In this document: positions 1 through 11,329 of the stretch, one piece after another
Position numbering within the stretch: position 1 is the stretch's first letter
Layout of the letters: the number at the start of each line of letters is the position of its first letter
NCBI GenBank assembly: GCA_041547605.1
Contig: JBFEUB010000003.1
Location: 1-43,576 of the forward strand
DNA length: 43,576 nt
Origin: Desulfobacteria bacterium
GTDB taxonomy: Bacteria > Desulfobacterota > Desulfobacteria > Desulfobacterales > C00003060
Reading direction: 5' to 3'
Position numbers and translations under genes: made by a program
Notes under the pieces: model-generated
The model's input: only the letters and a program-made list of their open reading frames with translations
What the model was told of the DNA's origin: nothing
Database searches by the model: none

Positions 1-2
1 AA

Positions 3-848
3 AAACCGCGCATTCTCCCTGTCCCAGGAAAAGAGAGAATGATCCCGGCCTTAAATTTCCTGAGGCAAAGCAGGGAAGATAAGGTCCAGGTAGGAAAGCA
101 TGTGGTGATTATCGGGGCAGGGAATGTGGGCTGTAACGTCGCTACCGAAGCTCACCGTCTTGGAGCCGAAGGTATTACACTGATTCATTATCGAAGACCG
201 CCAGCTTTTGGCGACGAGAAAGAAGCAGCCGAGGCCGTTGGGGCGAAATTTCGGTGGCCATGCCACACCAATAAAATCACGAAAGATGGTGTGGAACTCA
301 CCACAGGAGAGGTGATTCCGGCCGACACCGTCATATCAGCAACCGGACATGAGCCCGATCTCGATTTTCTCCCGGAAACGGTTGCCACAGAGCGGGGGTT
401 CATCACGGTGAACGACGTATACCAGACCACGGATCCCCAGATTTTTGCCATCGGAGACGCGGTGAAATTGGGCCTTCTTACCGATGCCATTGGTGCTGGT
501 CGAAAGGCTGCCCAGGCTATTGATGATATTCTGGTCGGCAAACACCCCAAGGGTGACACACGCCAGATGATGGATTACTCCCGTATAAAGCTCGAGTATT
601 TTGATCCCAGGCTGATGCGGTTTGAGGGGATTCAAGAATGTGCTGAGCAGTGTTCTTCATGCGGGGCCTGTCGGGACTGTGGGGTCTGCATCACCATCTG
701 TCCGCAGGGAGCTATTTCTAAACGTCAGAATGGCGATGAGGACTTTGAGATGGTGGTGGATCCTGACAAATGCATTGGATGTGGGTTCTGTGCAGGGGCC
801 TGCCCGTGCGGGATCTGGAGCCTTGTGGAGAACGAACCACTAGAGTAA
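3..848 (+). CDS. Partial (5' truncated) GltD-like FAD/NAD(P)H-dependent oxidoreductase with C-terminal 2x[4Fe-4S] ferredoxin domain
   Basis: Frame is open from base 3 (KPRILPVPGKERM...). VVIIGAGNVG dinucleotide motif, HYRR (NADPH-type), IFAIGD, CxxCxxCxxCxxCxxxCP and CIGCGFCAGACP. Confidence 0.8.
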   Translation, partial: KPRILPVPGKERMIPALNFLRQSREDKVQVGKHVVIIGAGNVGCNVATEAHRLGAEGITLIHYRRPPAFGDEKEAAEAVGAKFRWPCHTNKITKDGVELTTGEVIPADTVISATGHEPDLDFLPETVATERGFITVNDVYQTTDPQIFAIGDAVKLGLLTDAIGAGRKAAQAIDDILVGKHPKGDTRQMMDYSRIKLEYFDPRLMRFEGIQECAEQCSSCGACRDCGVCITICPQGAISKRQNGDEDFEMVVDPDKCIGCGFCAGACPCGIWSLVENEPLE

Positions 849-1004
849 ACATTCCGAGTAACATTCGTATAAAAAGCGTTTGTGCGGTTGTGGCCACGCT
901 ACTGCCGGAGGTTTTGCCATCCATTCCGTGATGCTGTTCTGTTAGAGGATTCCCCCTAACATTTTCATTGCAAGATATTTTTTCCGTGCTACAAGGACAA
1001 CCCG

Positions 1005-1643
1005 ATGATTGCGATTGTTGATTACAAGGCTGGGAACCTAAGGAGTGTCGAGCTGGCCGTTGGGAAGGTGGGCTTTGCTTGCACGGTGACACACAGCCGG
1101 GAAGAGATCTTGGGGAGTGAGAGAATCATTTTTCCAGGGGTGGGAGCGGCCGGAAAGGCCATGGCTGATTTGTCCCACTTGGGTTTGGATGAGGTGTTGA
1201 GGTATGCGTTCGAGGCCCGCAAGCCGATCCTGGGGATTTGCCTGGGGGCACAGATCATCCTGGAGGGGAGCGAAGAGAATGGTGCGCGGTGCTTGGGACT
1301 GATTAAAGGTGAGGTCAAGCTGTTTCCCCGTCCCCTTTTTTCTGAGGACAACGAACGTCTCAAGATACCACACATGGGGTGGAATGGCCTGCACTGGCGC
1401 AAAAAGCATCCAGTCTTGGAAGGGATTGTTCCGGCTGATGAGTTCTATTTTGTTCATGCTTATTATCCTCAACCTGCTTCAGATGACCGCGTTATCGGCA
1501 CCACGGGCTACGGCATCGAGTTTCCTTCCATCATTGGTTACAAGAACCTGATCGCCATGCAGTTCCATCCGGAAAAAAGCGGTTCAGCAGGCCTCAGGAT
1601 CCTGGAGAATTTTTGCACCTGGGATGGTCACTATGCTGAGTAA
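1005..1643 (+). CDS. hisH: Imidazole glycerol phosphate synthase, glutamine amidotransferase subunit
   Basis: MIAIVDY..GNL.SV, FPGVG, LGICLG (catalytic Cys), [15 protein letters not shown]. Confidence 0.96.
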   Translation: MIAIVDYKAGNLRSVELAVGKVGFACTVTHSREEILGSERIIFPGVGAAGKAMADLSHLGLDEVLRYAFEARKPILGICLGAQIILEGSEENGARCLGLIKGEVKLFPRPLFSEDNERLKIPHMGWNGLHWRKKHPVLEGIVPADEFYFVHAYYPQPASDDRVIGTTGYGIEFPSIIGYKNLIAMQFHPEKSGSAGLRILENFCTWDGHYAE

Positions 1644-2412
1644 AAGAATTATTCCATGTCTTGACGTGAGAGACGGAAAGACAACCAAGGGCATAAAATT
1701 CCAAGAAAATGTGGACATTGGCAATCCCGTGGAGATGGCCAGATTTTATTATGAGGAAGGAGCAGACGAGATTGTTTTCTACGATATCACGGCTTCAAGC
1801 GACCGGCGCGATATTATGATCGATGTGGTTCGCCGCGTGGCCGAGGAGATCTTTATACCGTTCTCTGTGGGTGGGGGGATTAGAACTATCGAGGATATGC
1901 GTCAGGTGCTTCTGGCCGGAGCGGAAAAGGTGAGTGTGAACACGGCAGCGGTTCAGGATCCCACGATCATCGCCAACGGGGCAAAGGCCTTTGGGAGCCA
2001 GTGTATTGTCCTCGGGATGGACGTGAAAAAGGTGGAAACATCAAAAAAGATTCCATCAGGATATGGGATAGTCATTCACGGCGGGAGGACCTATACGGGC
2101 ATTGATGCCCTTGCCTGGGCCAAGGAGGGAGAGAACCTGGGGGCGGGAGAGATATGCCTCAATTCTATTGACGCGGATGGAACGCAGCAGGGATACGAAA
2201 TGAACTTGACGCCACTCATCTCTGAAAACGTGAACATTCCGGTCATCGCTTCGGGGGGTGCCGGGGATGTCGATCATATCTATGATGTCTTGACGAATGG
2301 CAAGGCCGATGCAGCCCTGGTGGCCTCTATCGTCCACTACGGGACATACAAGATCAAGGAGATCAAAGAAAGCCTGCACAATCGGGGCGTGAAAGTCCGC
2401 ATGAGATGGTGA
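1633..2412 (+). CDS. hisF: Imidazole glycerol phosphate synthase, cyclase subunit
   Basis: [45 protein letters not shown]. The ATG at 1633 overlaps the end of hisH. Confidence 0.96.
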   Translation: MLSKRIIPCLDVRDGKTTKGIKFQENVDIGNPVEMARFYYEEGADEIVFYDITASSDRRDIMIDVVRRVAEEIFIPFSVGGGIRTIEDMRQVLLAGAEKVSVNTAAVQDPTIIANGAKAFGSQCIVLGMDVKKVETSKKIPSGYGIVIHGGRTYTGIDALAWAKEGENLGAGEICLNSIDADGTQQGYEMNLTPLISENVNIPVIASGGAGDVDHIYDVLTNGKADAALVASIVHYGTYKIKEIKESLHNRGVKVRMRW

Positions 2413-2570
2413 GGCGAAAGCCAGAAAGTGCCTTCTATCTTTGACTGAGGCGGCATGGGCCGGGGTATTGGACACCATCTGTGCGTGAGTCAGGCCTTCA
2501 CAGATCTTTGAGGGGTGGAGCGATTCCGCGAACGGGAGGAAAAAGGGGCGGGATCTCCGAATCAGTTATC

Positions 2571-3668
2571 ATGAAAGCGACATTGGCTTTAGAAGACGGG
2601 ACCGTGTTTTATGGCAACACCTTTGCCGGGGAGGGGGAGGTGTCGGGAGAGGTGGTCTTCAATACGAGCATGACAGGCTACCAGGAAGTCCTGACAGACC
2701 CTTCTTATAACGGACAGATTGTCACCATGACCTATCCCCTCATTGGTAATTACGGCATTAACTCTGAAGACGTGGAATCCAAAAGGATTCAAGTGGAAGG
2801 GTTTGTCGTGAGAGAGTACCAACCCGTCCCAAGCAATTGGCGAGCCGAACAGACCCTGGCGGATTACCTGGACCAGCAGGGGATCATTGGCATTGAAGGC
2901 GTCGATACCCGCGCGCTGACGCGACATATCAGGCTGGCAGGGGCGATGAAGGGGGTCATCTCAACGAAGGACCTGGACCCGAGTTCTCTGATCAAAAAGG
3001 CAAAGGCTTCCCAGGGGCTTGTTGGTCGGGATTTGGTCGAGGGGGTGACTTGTCAGGAGCCCTACGTGTGGCCGGAGAAGAATGGGGGGCGCTTTAAGGT
3101 GGTTGCATTCGATTGCGGCATGAAGTTCAACATAGCGCGAAGCTTGGCCCGAAGACGGTGTAGTGTGACAGTGGTGCCGGCCCACACCAGTGCGGACGAT
3201 ATCAGGAGCTTGAGCCCAGACGGCATCGTGCTTTCAAATGGTCCCGGCGACCCCGATCCGATCACCTATGTCGTTGACACAGTCAAGCGCTTAATTTCGG
3301 ACTATCCCATCTTTGGCATCTGCTTAGGTCATCAAATGTTGGGTTTGGCCTTTGGTGGTAAGACGTACAAACTGAAGTTCGGCCACCGGGGTGCAAACCA
3401 TCCAGTGAGGAATCTATTCACTGGCAAGGTGGAGATTACATCTCAAAACCACGGTTTTTGTGTTGATATTGAATCGATCAAAGATCCGGACATTGAAATA
3501 ACGCATATCAACCTGAACGACCATACCCTTGAGGGGATGAGGCATCGGAAGCTTCCCGTCCTGTCTGTGCAATATCATCCCGAGGCCTCCCCGGGGCCCC
3601 ACGATGCCAGCTACCTGTTTGATCAGTTTATAACCTTCCTGGAAAAGAAAAGGGACGCAAAACCGTGA
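2571..3668 (+). CDS. carA: Carbamoyl-phosphate synthase small subunit
   Basis: GEVVFNTSMTGYQE, LSNGPGDP, FGICLGHQ, QYHPEASPGPHD. Start placed at ATG 2571 (MKATLALEDG). Confidence 0.96.
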   Translation: MKATLALEDGTVFYGNTFAGEGEVSGEVVFNTSMTGYQEVLTDPSYNGQIVTMTYPLIGNYGINSEDVESKRIQVEGFVVREYQPVPSNWRAEQTLADYLDQQGIIGIEGVDTRALTRHIRLAGAMKGVISTKDLDPSSLIKKAKASQGLVGRDLVEGVTCQEPYVWPEKNGGRFKVVAFDCGMKFNIARSLARRRCSVTVVPAHTSADDIRSLSPDGIVLSNGPGDPDPITYVVDTVKRLISDYPIFGICLGHQMLGLAFGGKTYKLKFGHRGANHPVRNLFTGKVEITSQNHGFCVDIESIKDPDIEITHINLNDHTLEGMRHRKLPVLSVQYHPEASPGPHDASYLFDQFITFLEKKRDAKP

Positions 3669-5194
3669 TTCTGATCATTGATTTTGGTTCCCAGTACAAC
3701 CAACTCATTGCCAGACGGGTGCGCGAGGCCCACGTATTTTGCCAGATCGACGCTCCTTGGATCAGCCTGGGCCAAGTCAGGGCCTTATCCCCCGAAGGGA
3801 TCATCCTATCTGGAGGTCCGGCAAGCATCTATGAGAAGGGGAGTCCCAGTATAGACCCCGGCATCTTTGACCTCGGTATTCCCGTATTGGGTATCTGTTA
3901 CGGTATGCAGTACATGGTGGATGCTTTGGGAGGGGAGGTAATAAAGGCCGAGAAGAGAGAATATGGATTTGCTGAGCTTGATATAAAGGATGGGGCGGGC
4001 CTTTTTGAAGGCATTGAGGAGCAGGCCAGGTGTTGGATGAGCCATGGGGATACCATTCGACGCTTGCCCAAGGGTTTCAGGATCACGGCTTCTACACTCA
4101 ATACCAGGGTGGCGGCTACGGAGAATGCACCCAAAGGGTTCTACGGCGTGCAGTTTCATCCAGAAGTCGTCCACACGCCCAAGGGAAAGAAGATGCTCAG
4201 GAACTTCCTTTTCCGGATCTGTGGGTGCAAGAAGTCGTGGACGATGAAGTCTTTCATCAAAGAGTCCGTCCAGGAGATCAGGTCGGTCGTTGGAGACAAG
4301 AAGGTGATCCTTGGGTTAAGCGGGGGTGTGGATTCCTCAGTGACAGCGCTGCTCCTGCATCAGGCCGTTGGAAAGCAATTGACATGCATCTTCGTGGATA
4401 ACGGCCTGCTGAGGGAGGGTGAGGCTGAACAGGTCAAGGGGCTCTTCAGGAAACACTTTAAGGTGAATTTGAGATTTATCAGCGCTAGGCGACGGTTTCT
4501 GAACAGACTGAAGGGAATTGTAGACCCGGAAAAGAAGCGAAAGATTATCGGCCGCACGTTCATCGAGGCCTTTGAGAGAGAAGCTCGCAATCTTCCTGGA
4601 GTAAGATTTCTGGCGCAGGGGACCCTGTATCCAGATATTATCGAGTCCAGGTCGGCCTTTGGAGGCCCGAGTTCGGTGATCAAATCCCATCACAACGTGG
4701 GGGGCTTGCCAAGAAAGATGAAGCTCACGCTGATCGAACCCCTCAAGCACCTTTTCAAGGATGAAGTGCGCGTTCTTGGCAAGGAGCTTGGGCTGCCCGA
4801 GGATCTGATCTGGCGGCAACCGTTCCCCGGACCCGGGCTGGCCATTCGAATCATTGCTGATGTCACCCAGGCGAGACTTTGTATCTTACGGAATGTGGAT
4901 CGTATCCTCCTTGAGGAGATAACAAACAGGGGCCTATACAAGAGATTGTGGCAGTCGTTTGCGGTCCTTCTTCCTCTCAAAAGCGTGGGGATCATGGGGG
5001 ACCAGAGGACTTATGAGCACATTGTAGCCATTCGGGCGGTGACCAGTGTTGACGCTATGACGGCTGACTGGGCGAAGCTACCCCATGACTTGCTCGGGAG
5101 GATTTCCAACCGCATCATCAATGAAGTCAGAGGCGTCAACCGCGTGGTCTATGATATCAGCTCCAAACCACCGAGTACGATTGAGTGGGAATAA
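3665..5194 (+). CDS. guaA: GMP synthase (glutamine-hydrolysing)
   Basis: DFGSQY, LGICYGMQ, QFHPE, LSGGVDS, IKSHHNVGG, KPPSTIEWE. GTG start overlaps the carA stop (GTGA). Confidence 0.97.
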   Translation: MILIIDFGSQYNQLIARRVREAHVFCQIDAPWISLGQVRALSPEGIILSGGPASIYEKGSPSIDPGIFDLGIPVLGICYGMQYMVDALGGEVIKAEKREYGFAELDIKDGAGLFEGIEEQARCWMSHGDTIRRLPKGFRITASTLNTRVAATENAPKGFYGVQFHPEVVHTPKGKKMLRNFLFRICGCKKSWTMKSFIKESVQEIRSVVGDKKVILGLSGGVDSSVTALLLHQAVGKQLTCIFVDNGLLREGEAEQVKGLFRKHFKVNLRFISARRRFLNRLKGIVDPEKKRKIIGRTFIEAFEREARNLPGVRFLAQGTLYPDIIESRSAFGGPSSVIKSHHNVGGLPRKMKLTLIEPLKHLFKDEVRVLGKELGLPEDLIWRQPFPGPGLAIRIIADVTQARLCILRNVDRILLEEITNRGLYKRLWQSFAVLLPLKSVGIMGDQRTYEHIVAIRAVTSVDAMTADWAKLPHDLLGRISNRIINEVRGVNRVVYDISSKPPSTIEWE

Positions 5195-5226
5195 TCTCCA
5201 AAGCACTTCAACATGTGTATTGGGAC

Positions 5227-5504
5227 CTAGTGTTGTGTCCCAGGAGTTTGTTCCAAGAATATGGAATCGCCAAAAAGCCATTTTCCTTGCTCCGTGAGTG
5301 TTTTCGGGACATCAACTTCGCTCCGCTAAATCATGCACACAGTGAAGCGGAGCGCTAAAACTCGGGCCTAAGGCCCTCAAACAGTTTATGATTCTTAACG
5401 CTCCACTCAGTTGAAGTCCGGCTCCGAAAAAGCTCAATGTCGCTCGGAAAAGGCTTTCGGCTCCAGTATCAGTAATAGAACTTATTCCTGAGACGCGATA
5501 CTAG
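5227..5504. mobile_element. MITE-like non-coding palindromic element bounded by CTAG
   Basis: Left end CTAGTGTTGTGTCCCAGGAGT matches the reverse complement of the right end, CTAGTATCGCGTCTCAGGAAT, at 16/21. Nested inner inverted repeats (AAAGCC/GGCTTT, TTTTCGG/CCGAAAA, TCAACT/AGTTGA). No credible ORF. Confidence 0.6.
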
Positions 5505-5684
5505 CAGGTTCAGCCAAAAAGAGCCTTCGGGTTGGAGCGGAGGCCCAATGGCTGAAGGCTAAAGGCGCAGGGGAAGACCCATAGACCTCGTGCTCTTCGC
5601 CCTCAGCCTTGTCCGTGTCCTGCAGACATACTGAAAGAATAGAGATTTCCTGTATACGGAATGGTGGTTAGGTAGAAGTAATCT

Positions 5685-8600
5685 ATGCCAAAACGGACGG
5701 ACATATCCAGGATCATGATCATCGGTTCCGGCCCGATTATTATCAGCCAGGCCTGTGAGTTTGACTACTCCGGGACCCAGGCTTGCAAGGCCTTGAAGGA
5801 AGAGGGGTATGAGGTTGTGCTGGTGAACAGCAACCCAGCAACCATTATGACGGATCCTGAAGTAGCCGATCATACCTACGTCGAGCCGATAACCCCTGAG
5901 ATAGTAGCCATGATCATCGAGAAGGAGAGACCCCAGGCAATTCTACCCACGCTCGGAGGACAAACCGGGCTGAACACGGCTGTGCAGATGGCTGAGACAG
6001 GGATCTTAGAAAAGTTCAACGTAGAAATGATCGGAGCCTCTGCTGAGGTCATTAAGAAGGCCGAAGACAGGGACCTTTTTCGGGGTGCTATGGAGCGCAT
6101 TGGACTGCGCGTTCCCAAAAGCGGCATTGCCGGCGACATAAAGAGCGCCCGAAAAATTGCAGAGCAGATCGGTTATCCGATTATTGTCCGTCCCAGCTTT
6201 ACCCTTGGCGGTACAGGCGGTGGCGTCGCCTACAATCCCGTGGAGCTTGAAAAATGGGCTTCGTGGGGATTGGATGCCAGCCTGATTCATGAAATCATGC
6301 TAGAGGAGTCCGTGATTGGGTGGAAGGAATTTGAACTCGAGGTCATGCGGGATGGAAAAGACAATGTGGTGATCATCTGTTCTATTGAGAACCTGGACCC
6401 CATGGGCATCCACACGGGTGACAGCATTACCGTGGCACCGGCTCAGACCCTGACCGATAGGGAATATCAAGTGATGCGGGATGCCGCCATCGCCGTGATC
6501 CGTGAAATTGGAGTCGATACGGGCGGGTCGAACATCCAGTTCGCCGTCAATCCAGAAAATGGAGAGATGGTCATCATAGAGATGAATCCCAGAGTCTCAA
6601 GGAGTTCGGCCCTTGCCTCCAAGGCCACCGGCTTTCCGATTGCCAAGATCGCTGCCAAGTTGGCTGTGGGCTATGCTTTGGACGAGCTTCCGAACGACAT
6701 CACCGGAGAGACCGTGGCTTCGTTTGAACCGACGATTGACTACTGCGTGGTCAAAATTCCCCGATGGACCTTTGAGAAATTTCCGGATGCCGCCGACTAT
6801 CTGACCACCTCCATGAAATCGGTAGGTGAGACCATGGCCATTGGCCGAACGTTTAAGGAGGCCCTTCAAAAAGGCATACGCTCTTTGGAGATCGGACGAT
6901 TTGGTCTTGGGGCGGATGGCAAGGGTAGGTTGGAGCAGGACGGAAAACTCCCTTCCTTGGAGGAGATCAAGGAGAAGCTCATTAATCCCAATTCCCAGCG
7001 GCTCTTTTACGTCCGATACGGTATCAAGGCCGGAATGGATGTGGAAACAATCCATGGGTTGACCGGCATCGATCCTTGGTTCCTGCATCAGATGACCCGA
7101 ATCGTCGAAGTCGAAGGGGAGATCCTCAAGGCTGGTCATGGGTTGTCGGAAGACTTGACCCGCAAGAGCAAAGCATACGGGTTTTCAGATGTTCAGTTGG
7201 CCTCGCTTACGAACAAAGATGAGGATGGAATCCGAGCCCTGCGGAAGAGGCTTGGCATTGGCCCCGTCTACAAACTGGTAGACACGTGTGCAGCAGAATT
7301 TGAGGCCCGCACACCCTATTATTATTCTACCCATGAAAAGGAGAACGAGGCGCGAATATCCACGAGACCAAAGGTCATGATCTTGGGTGGAGGGCCCAAT
7401 CGAATCGGACAGGGCATCGAATTTGATTATTGCTGTGTCCAGGCATCCTTTGCGCTAAAGGAGGAGGGCATTGAGAGCATTATGGTCAACAGCAACCCAG
7501 AGACGGTGAGCACGGATTATGACACGTCGGACAAGCTCTACTTTGAGCCTCTTACCAAGGAAGATGTGCTCAATATCGTGGAAGCTGAAAAGCCTTCAGG
7601 GGTCATTGTGCAGTTTGGAGGCCAAACACCGCTCAATCTTTCGGCTGCTCTTTCCGAAGCCGGGGTCACCATCCTTGGCACGTCGCCCGAAAGCATTGCC
7701 TTGGCCGAAGACCGGGAGCTTTTCAAGAACGCGCTTCGAAAACTGGGGTTGAAGCAACCAGAGAATAGGACCGCCATGAGTGTGACAGAAGCAATTGCCG
7801 CAGCAGAGATGATTGGGTATCCCCTGATCGTGCGGCCGTCTTATGTCCTTGGGGGCCGGGCCATGCAGATTGTGTATGACAGACCGACTCTGGAGACTTT
7901 TACACGCAAGGCCCTGCTTGCCTCTCCGGAGCACCCTGTCCTTATTGATGCATTTCTTGCTGATGCCATTGAAATTGATGTGGATGCTATTTCCGACGGA
8001 CAGACGACCACTGTCGGCGGGATTATGGAACATATTGAAGAGGCTGGCATCCATTCTGGGGACAGCGCCTGTGTGCTCCCGCCCCAGGGATTGGCGCCGT
8101 TCCTTTTGGAACAGATTAAGGGGCATGTCCGTGCGCTGGCCCGTGAACTCCATGTCGTGGGTTTGATAAACATTCAATTTGCTATCAAGGACGAGGAGAT
8201 CTTTGTCCTAGAAGTCAATCCAAGGGCATCACGGACCATCCCCTTTGTGAGTAAGGCTACGGGCGTCCCTCTGGCCAAGCTGGCAACGAAGGTGATGATA
8301 GGGCACACGTTGGAGGAATTGGGATTTACCCGGGAGGTAGAAACAACGCACGTCTCAGTCAAGGAAGCAGTGATGCCTTTTGATCGATTTCCAGACGTGG
8401 ACATCCTCTTAGGGCCTGAGATGAAATCCACCGGTGAGGTCATGGGCATCGACAGCGACTTTGGCAGGGCATTTGCCAAGTCTCAACTGGCAGCCGGACA
8501 GCACCTGCCATCTGAAGGCGCTGTATTTGTTAGCGTCAAGGATGCGGACAAGGATGGGGTCTACCATGTGGCCCATCAGCTATATCACATGGGTTTCGAT

Positions 8601-8996
8601 ATTCTATCCACACGGGGCACGTCTCATTACCTTGAACGTGCCGGTATTCCAAACCGGACGGTAAAAAAGATTGCCGAGGGACGGCCCAATGTCATTGATC
8701 GCATCAAAAACAAAGAAATTCAGTTAGTGATCAACACACCGTCAGGCAAAGAGCATGCGGAGAGCACCCGTATCATCCGTCGCACCGTGCTCCGGTATGG
8801 TCTTCCCTATGCGACAACGCTTGCTGGCGCCTGTGCCATGGCCTCAGGGATTCAGGCCATGAAAAAGAAGAAGCTGACCGTCCGGTCACTTCAAGATTTT
8901 CACATAGCGTGTGGTCAAGTGGCAGCGAAAGGGCTTGCAGACGGGTCTCAGAGGAGAAAGGGTGCAGCCAAGGTGTTGTTTAAGAAGGTGGGGTGA
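5685..8996 (+). CDS. carB: Carbamoyl-phosphate synthase large subunit (copy 1)
   Basis: [23 protein letters not shown], two ATP-grasp halves ([11 protein letters not shown]; [10 protein letters not shown]), C-terminal MGS-like domain. Confidence 0.97.
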   Translation: MPKRTDISRIMIIGSGPIIISQACEFDYSGTQACKALKEEGYEVVLVNSNPATIMTDPEVADHTYVEPITPEIVAMIIEKERPQAILPTLGGQTGLNTAVQMAETGILEKFNVEMIGASAEVIKKAEDRDLFRGAMERIGLRVPKSGIAGDIKSARKIAEQIGYPIIVRPSFTLGGTGGGVAYNPVELEKWASWGLDASLIHEIMLEESVIGWKEFELEVMRDGKDNVVIICSIENLDPMGIHTGDSITVAPAQTLTDREYQVMRDAAIAVIREIGVDTGGSNIQFAVNPENGEMVIIEMNPRVSRSSALASKATGFPIAKIAAKLAVGYALDELPNDITGETVASFEPTIDYCVVKIPRWTFEKFPDAADYLTTSMKSVGETMAIGRTFKEALQKGIRSLEIGRFGLGADGKGRLEQDGKLPSLEEIKEKLINPNSQRLFYVRYGIKAGMDVETIHGLTGIDPWFLHQMTRIVEVEGEILKAGHGLSEDLTRKSKAYGFSDVQLASLTNKDEDGIRALRKRLGIGPVYKLVDTCAAEFEARTPYYYSTHEKENEARISTRPKVMILGGGPNRIGQGIEFDYCCVQASFALKEEGIESIMVNSNPETVSTDYDTSDKLYFEPLTKEDVLNIVEAEKPSGVIVQFGGQTPLNLSAALSEAGVTILGTSPESIALAEDRELFKNALRKLGLKQPENRTAMSVTEAIAAAEMIGYPLIVRPSYVLGGRAMQIVYDRPTLETFTRKALLASPEHPVLIDAFLADAIEIDVDAISDGQTTTVGGIMEHIEEAGIHSGDSACVLPPQGLAPFLLEQIKGHVRALARELHVVGLINIQFAIKDEEIFVLEVNPRASRTIPFVSKATGVPLAKLATKVMIGHTLEELGFTREVETTHVSVKEAVMPFDRFPDVDILLGPEMKSTGEVMGIDSDFGRAFAKSQLAAGQHLPSEGAVFVSVKDADKDGVYHVAHQLYHMGFDILSTRGTSHYLERAGIPNRTVKKIAEGRPNVIDRIKNKEIQLVINTPSGKEHAESTRIIRRTVLRYGLPYATTLAGACAMASGIQAMKKKKLTVRSLQDFHIACGQVAAKGLADGSQRRKGAAKVLFKKVG

Positions 8997-8999
8997 ACC

Positions 9000-10397
9000 A
9001 TGGAGCTTTTTCAGGGGCCCAGAGAAGCATGTGGTATCTTTGGTGTGTTTGGACATGATGATGCTGCGAAGTTGACCTACTTCGGGCTATATGCATTGCA
9101 GCACCGGGGGCAGGAGAGTGCCGGTATCGTGACCTCCACGGGGAAGTCGATCCACGAATACAAGGGGATGGGACTCGTTCCAGAGATTTTTAATGAATCC
9201 ATCTTGAGTGGACTCCATGGTCATATGGCCATCGGGCATGTGAGGTACTCCACAACCGGATCTTCTACTGCAAAGAACGCACAACCCTTTGTGGCCTCGT
9301 ATGCGCGCAAAACCCTGGCCATTGGCCACAATGGAAACCTGACTAATGCCAGACTGCTTAGGAAGAACTTGGAGAAAAAGGGCTCCATTTTTCAGACGAC
9401 CATGGATAGCGAGGTCATTGTCCACCTCTTGGCGCGGAACTTACACGAGGGGTTGGAAGAATCCTTGATAAAGGCGGTGTCGGATATCGAGGGGGCCTAT
9501 TGCTGTGTCTTAATGACCGAAGATAAGCTCATCGCCTTGCGGGATCCCAATGGTTTTCGGCCCCTCTGTCTGGGAAAGCTCAACGGAGGATACATTGTTG
9601 CTTCTGAGACGTGTGCTCTAGATCTAATAGATGCCCAGTATATTAGGGATATTGATCCCGGGGAGATACTGATCATTGGTGAAGAAGGTTTGAAGTCCAT
9701 AAAGCCCTTTGCCGAACGAAGGAATACTTTCTGTATCTTTGAATTCATCTATTTTGCCAGACCCGATAGCAATATTTTTGGCCAGAATGTATACGCTGTG
9801 CGGAAGAGGCTGGGCAGAAAGCTGGCAGAAGAATATCCTATTGAGGCCGACTTTGCCATGCCGTTCCCAGATTCCGGTAACTACGCTGCTATCGGTTTCT
9901 GTCATGGGTCGGGCATCCCCCTCGAAATGGGTGTCATACGGAACCATTACGTTGGACGAACTTTCATTGAGCCCGCCCAGTCCATGCGCGATTTTGGGGT
10001 AAAAGTGAAACTTAACCCAGTCCGAGAGATTCTGGATCAGAAACGTGTCGTGATTGTCGAGGACTCAATTATCAGGGGGACCACCAGCAAGATGCGCATC
10101 AAGACCTTACGGGCAGCAGGGGCCAAAGAAATCCACATGGTGGTCAGTTGTCCTCCCCATCGATATGCCTGTTACTATGGTATTGACTTTTCAACCAGGG
10201 GGGAATTGATTGCCTGCCACCACACCGTGGAAGAGGTGAAAAACTTTATTGGCCTTGACAGCCTATGCTATTTGAGCCTCTCCGGTATGGTTGAGGCTAC
10301 AAGACTTGAACAAAACGGCTTTTGTTTAGCCTGTTTTGATGGTAAATATCCAATCCAACCCGATGAAGGCTTCTCGAAATTATGTCTTGAACTTTAA
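9000..10397 (+). CDS. purF: Amidophosphoribosyltransferase (propeptide / 4Fe-4S type, intact glutaminase motifs)
   Basis: 10-aa propeptide then CGIFG, LQHRGQESAG, GHVRYST, HNGNL, MDSE, PRPP motif VEDSIIRGTT, C-terminal CLAC. Confidence 0.95.
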   Translation: MELFQGPREACGIFGVFGHDDAAKLTYFGLYALQHRGQESAGIVTSTGKSIHEYKGMGLVPEIFNESILSGLHGHMAIGHVRYSTTGSSTAKNAQPFVASYARKTLAIGHNGNLTNARLLRKNLEKKGSIFQTTMDSEVIVHLLARNLHEGLEESLIKAVSDIEGAYCCVLMTEDKLIALRDPNGFRPLCLGKLNGGYIVASETCALDLIDAQYIRDIDPGEILIIGEEGLKSIKPFAERRNTFCIFEFIYFARPDSNIFGQNVYAVRKRLGRKLAEEYPIEADFAMPFPDSGNYAAIGFCHGSGIPLEMGVIRNHYVGRTFIEPAQSMRDFGVKVKLNPVREILDQKRVVIVEDSIIRGTTSKMRIKTLRAAGAKEIHMVVSCPPHRYACYYGIDFSTRGELIACHHTVEEVKNFIGLDSLCYLSLSGMVEATRLEQNGFCLACFDGKYPIQPDEGFSKLCLEL

Positions 10398-10521
10398 CAG
10401 CGCGCGCATTCCCTGGCACGATTTATCGCGGCTGCAGGGAGCTTCAATAATTTCTTTTCCCGGAACGCAGGCTTCTGGCTACAAACGGCAGACGAAAAGC
10501 CGGCCACAACCTGTTTGACGC

Positions 10522-11265
10522 ATGAAAGTAATAGCCATTATACCGTGTAGGTATGCTTCCACAAGGTTTGAAGGAAAGCCTCTTGAGCTCATTCTGGGCA
10601 AACCCATGATTCAGTGGGTATATGAGAGGACAAAACAGGCTGCTGATTTGACCGACGTGGTGGTTGCCACCGATGACGACCGAATTTACGCATGTGTGAA
10701 AGGATTTGGTGGCCGGGTCCTGATGACTGCTTCGACGCACCGATCCGGTTCAGACCGAGCAGCAGAGGCCGCGCAGGCCCTTGGCCTGCAAGATGAAGAT
10801 ATAGTCATTAACATCCAAGGTGATCAGCCAGCATTTGATCCGAGGTGTCTTCCTCGGCTGGTTTCGCCACTGATTCAGGATCTCCAGCTTGTCATGGGTA
10901 CCTTGGTTCACAGAATGACTGATTCGGCTGAGATCAAAGACCCCAATCATGTGAAATGCGTGTTTGACGAGGAGCACTTTGCCCTATACTTTTCACGCTC
11001 TCCCATCCCCTTTGGCCGTGATGGCTCAGCTTCATTTGATACATTCAAACATCTTGGGATATACGCCTACCGAAAGCATTTCTTGGACCACTTTACTTCC
11101 TTACCACGGGGCAGGCTGGAGGCGATTGAGAAGCTTGAACAGCTTCGAGCTCTGGAATATGGTTACAGGATTAAGATTGTGGAGACACCTTACGACTCCC
11201 AGGAGGTCGACAGACCTGAGGATATCCAGAAGCTTGAAGCTGTTCTTGGGGGACAGAATCCATAG
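10522..11265 (+). CDS. kdsB: 3-deoxy-manno-octulosonate cytidylyltransferase (CMP-KDO synthetase)
   Basis: IIP.RYASTRF.GKPL, VVATDD, SGSDR, NIQGD.P, ALYFSRSPIP, HLGIYAY, EKLEQLRALE. Confidence 0.93.
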   Translation: MKVIAIIPCRYASTRFEGKPLELILGKPMIQWVYERTKQAADLTDVVVATDDDRIYACVKGFGGRVLMTASTHRSGSDRAAEAAQALGLQDEDIVINIQGDQPAFDPRCLPRLVSPLIQDLQLVMGTLVHRMTDSAEIKDPNHVKCVFDEEHFALYFSRSPIPFGRDGSASFDTFKHLGIYAYRKHFLDHFTSLPRGRLEAIEKLEQLRALEYGYRIKIVETPYDSQEVDRPEDIQKLEAVLGGQNP

Positions 11266-11329
11266 TTGTGGTTGGGGTGTTGATTCTTGCGATTGAGGTT
11301 TTTTCCTGTCGAACTTTAGATGGGATTTG

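Noticed and set aside
891-905. TGGCCACGCTACTGC as a sigma54 promoter for hisH
   Set aside because: Spacing is right but the flanking consensus (TGGCAC, TTGC) is weak; not supportable.
1005-2412. hisH/hisF as LPS-cluster paralogues (WbuY/WbuZ type)
   Set aside because: No adjacent N-acetyl sugar amidotransferase or glycosyltransferase genes; the motifs look canonical.
10414-10429. TGGCACGATTTATCGC as a sigma54 promoter for kdsB
   Set aside because: GG-to-GC spacing is 11 nt rather than the required 10, and the -12 element is poor.
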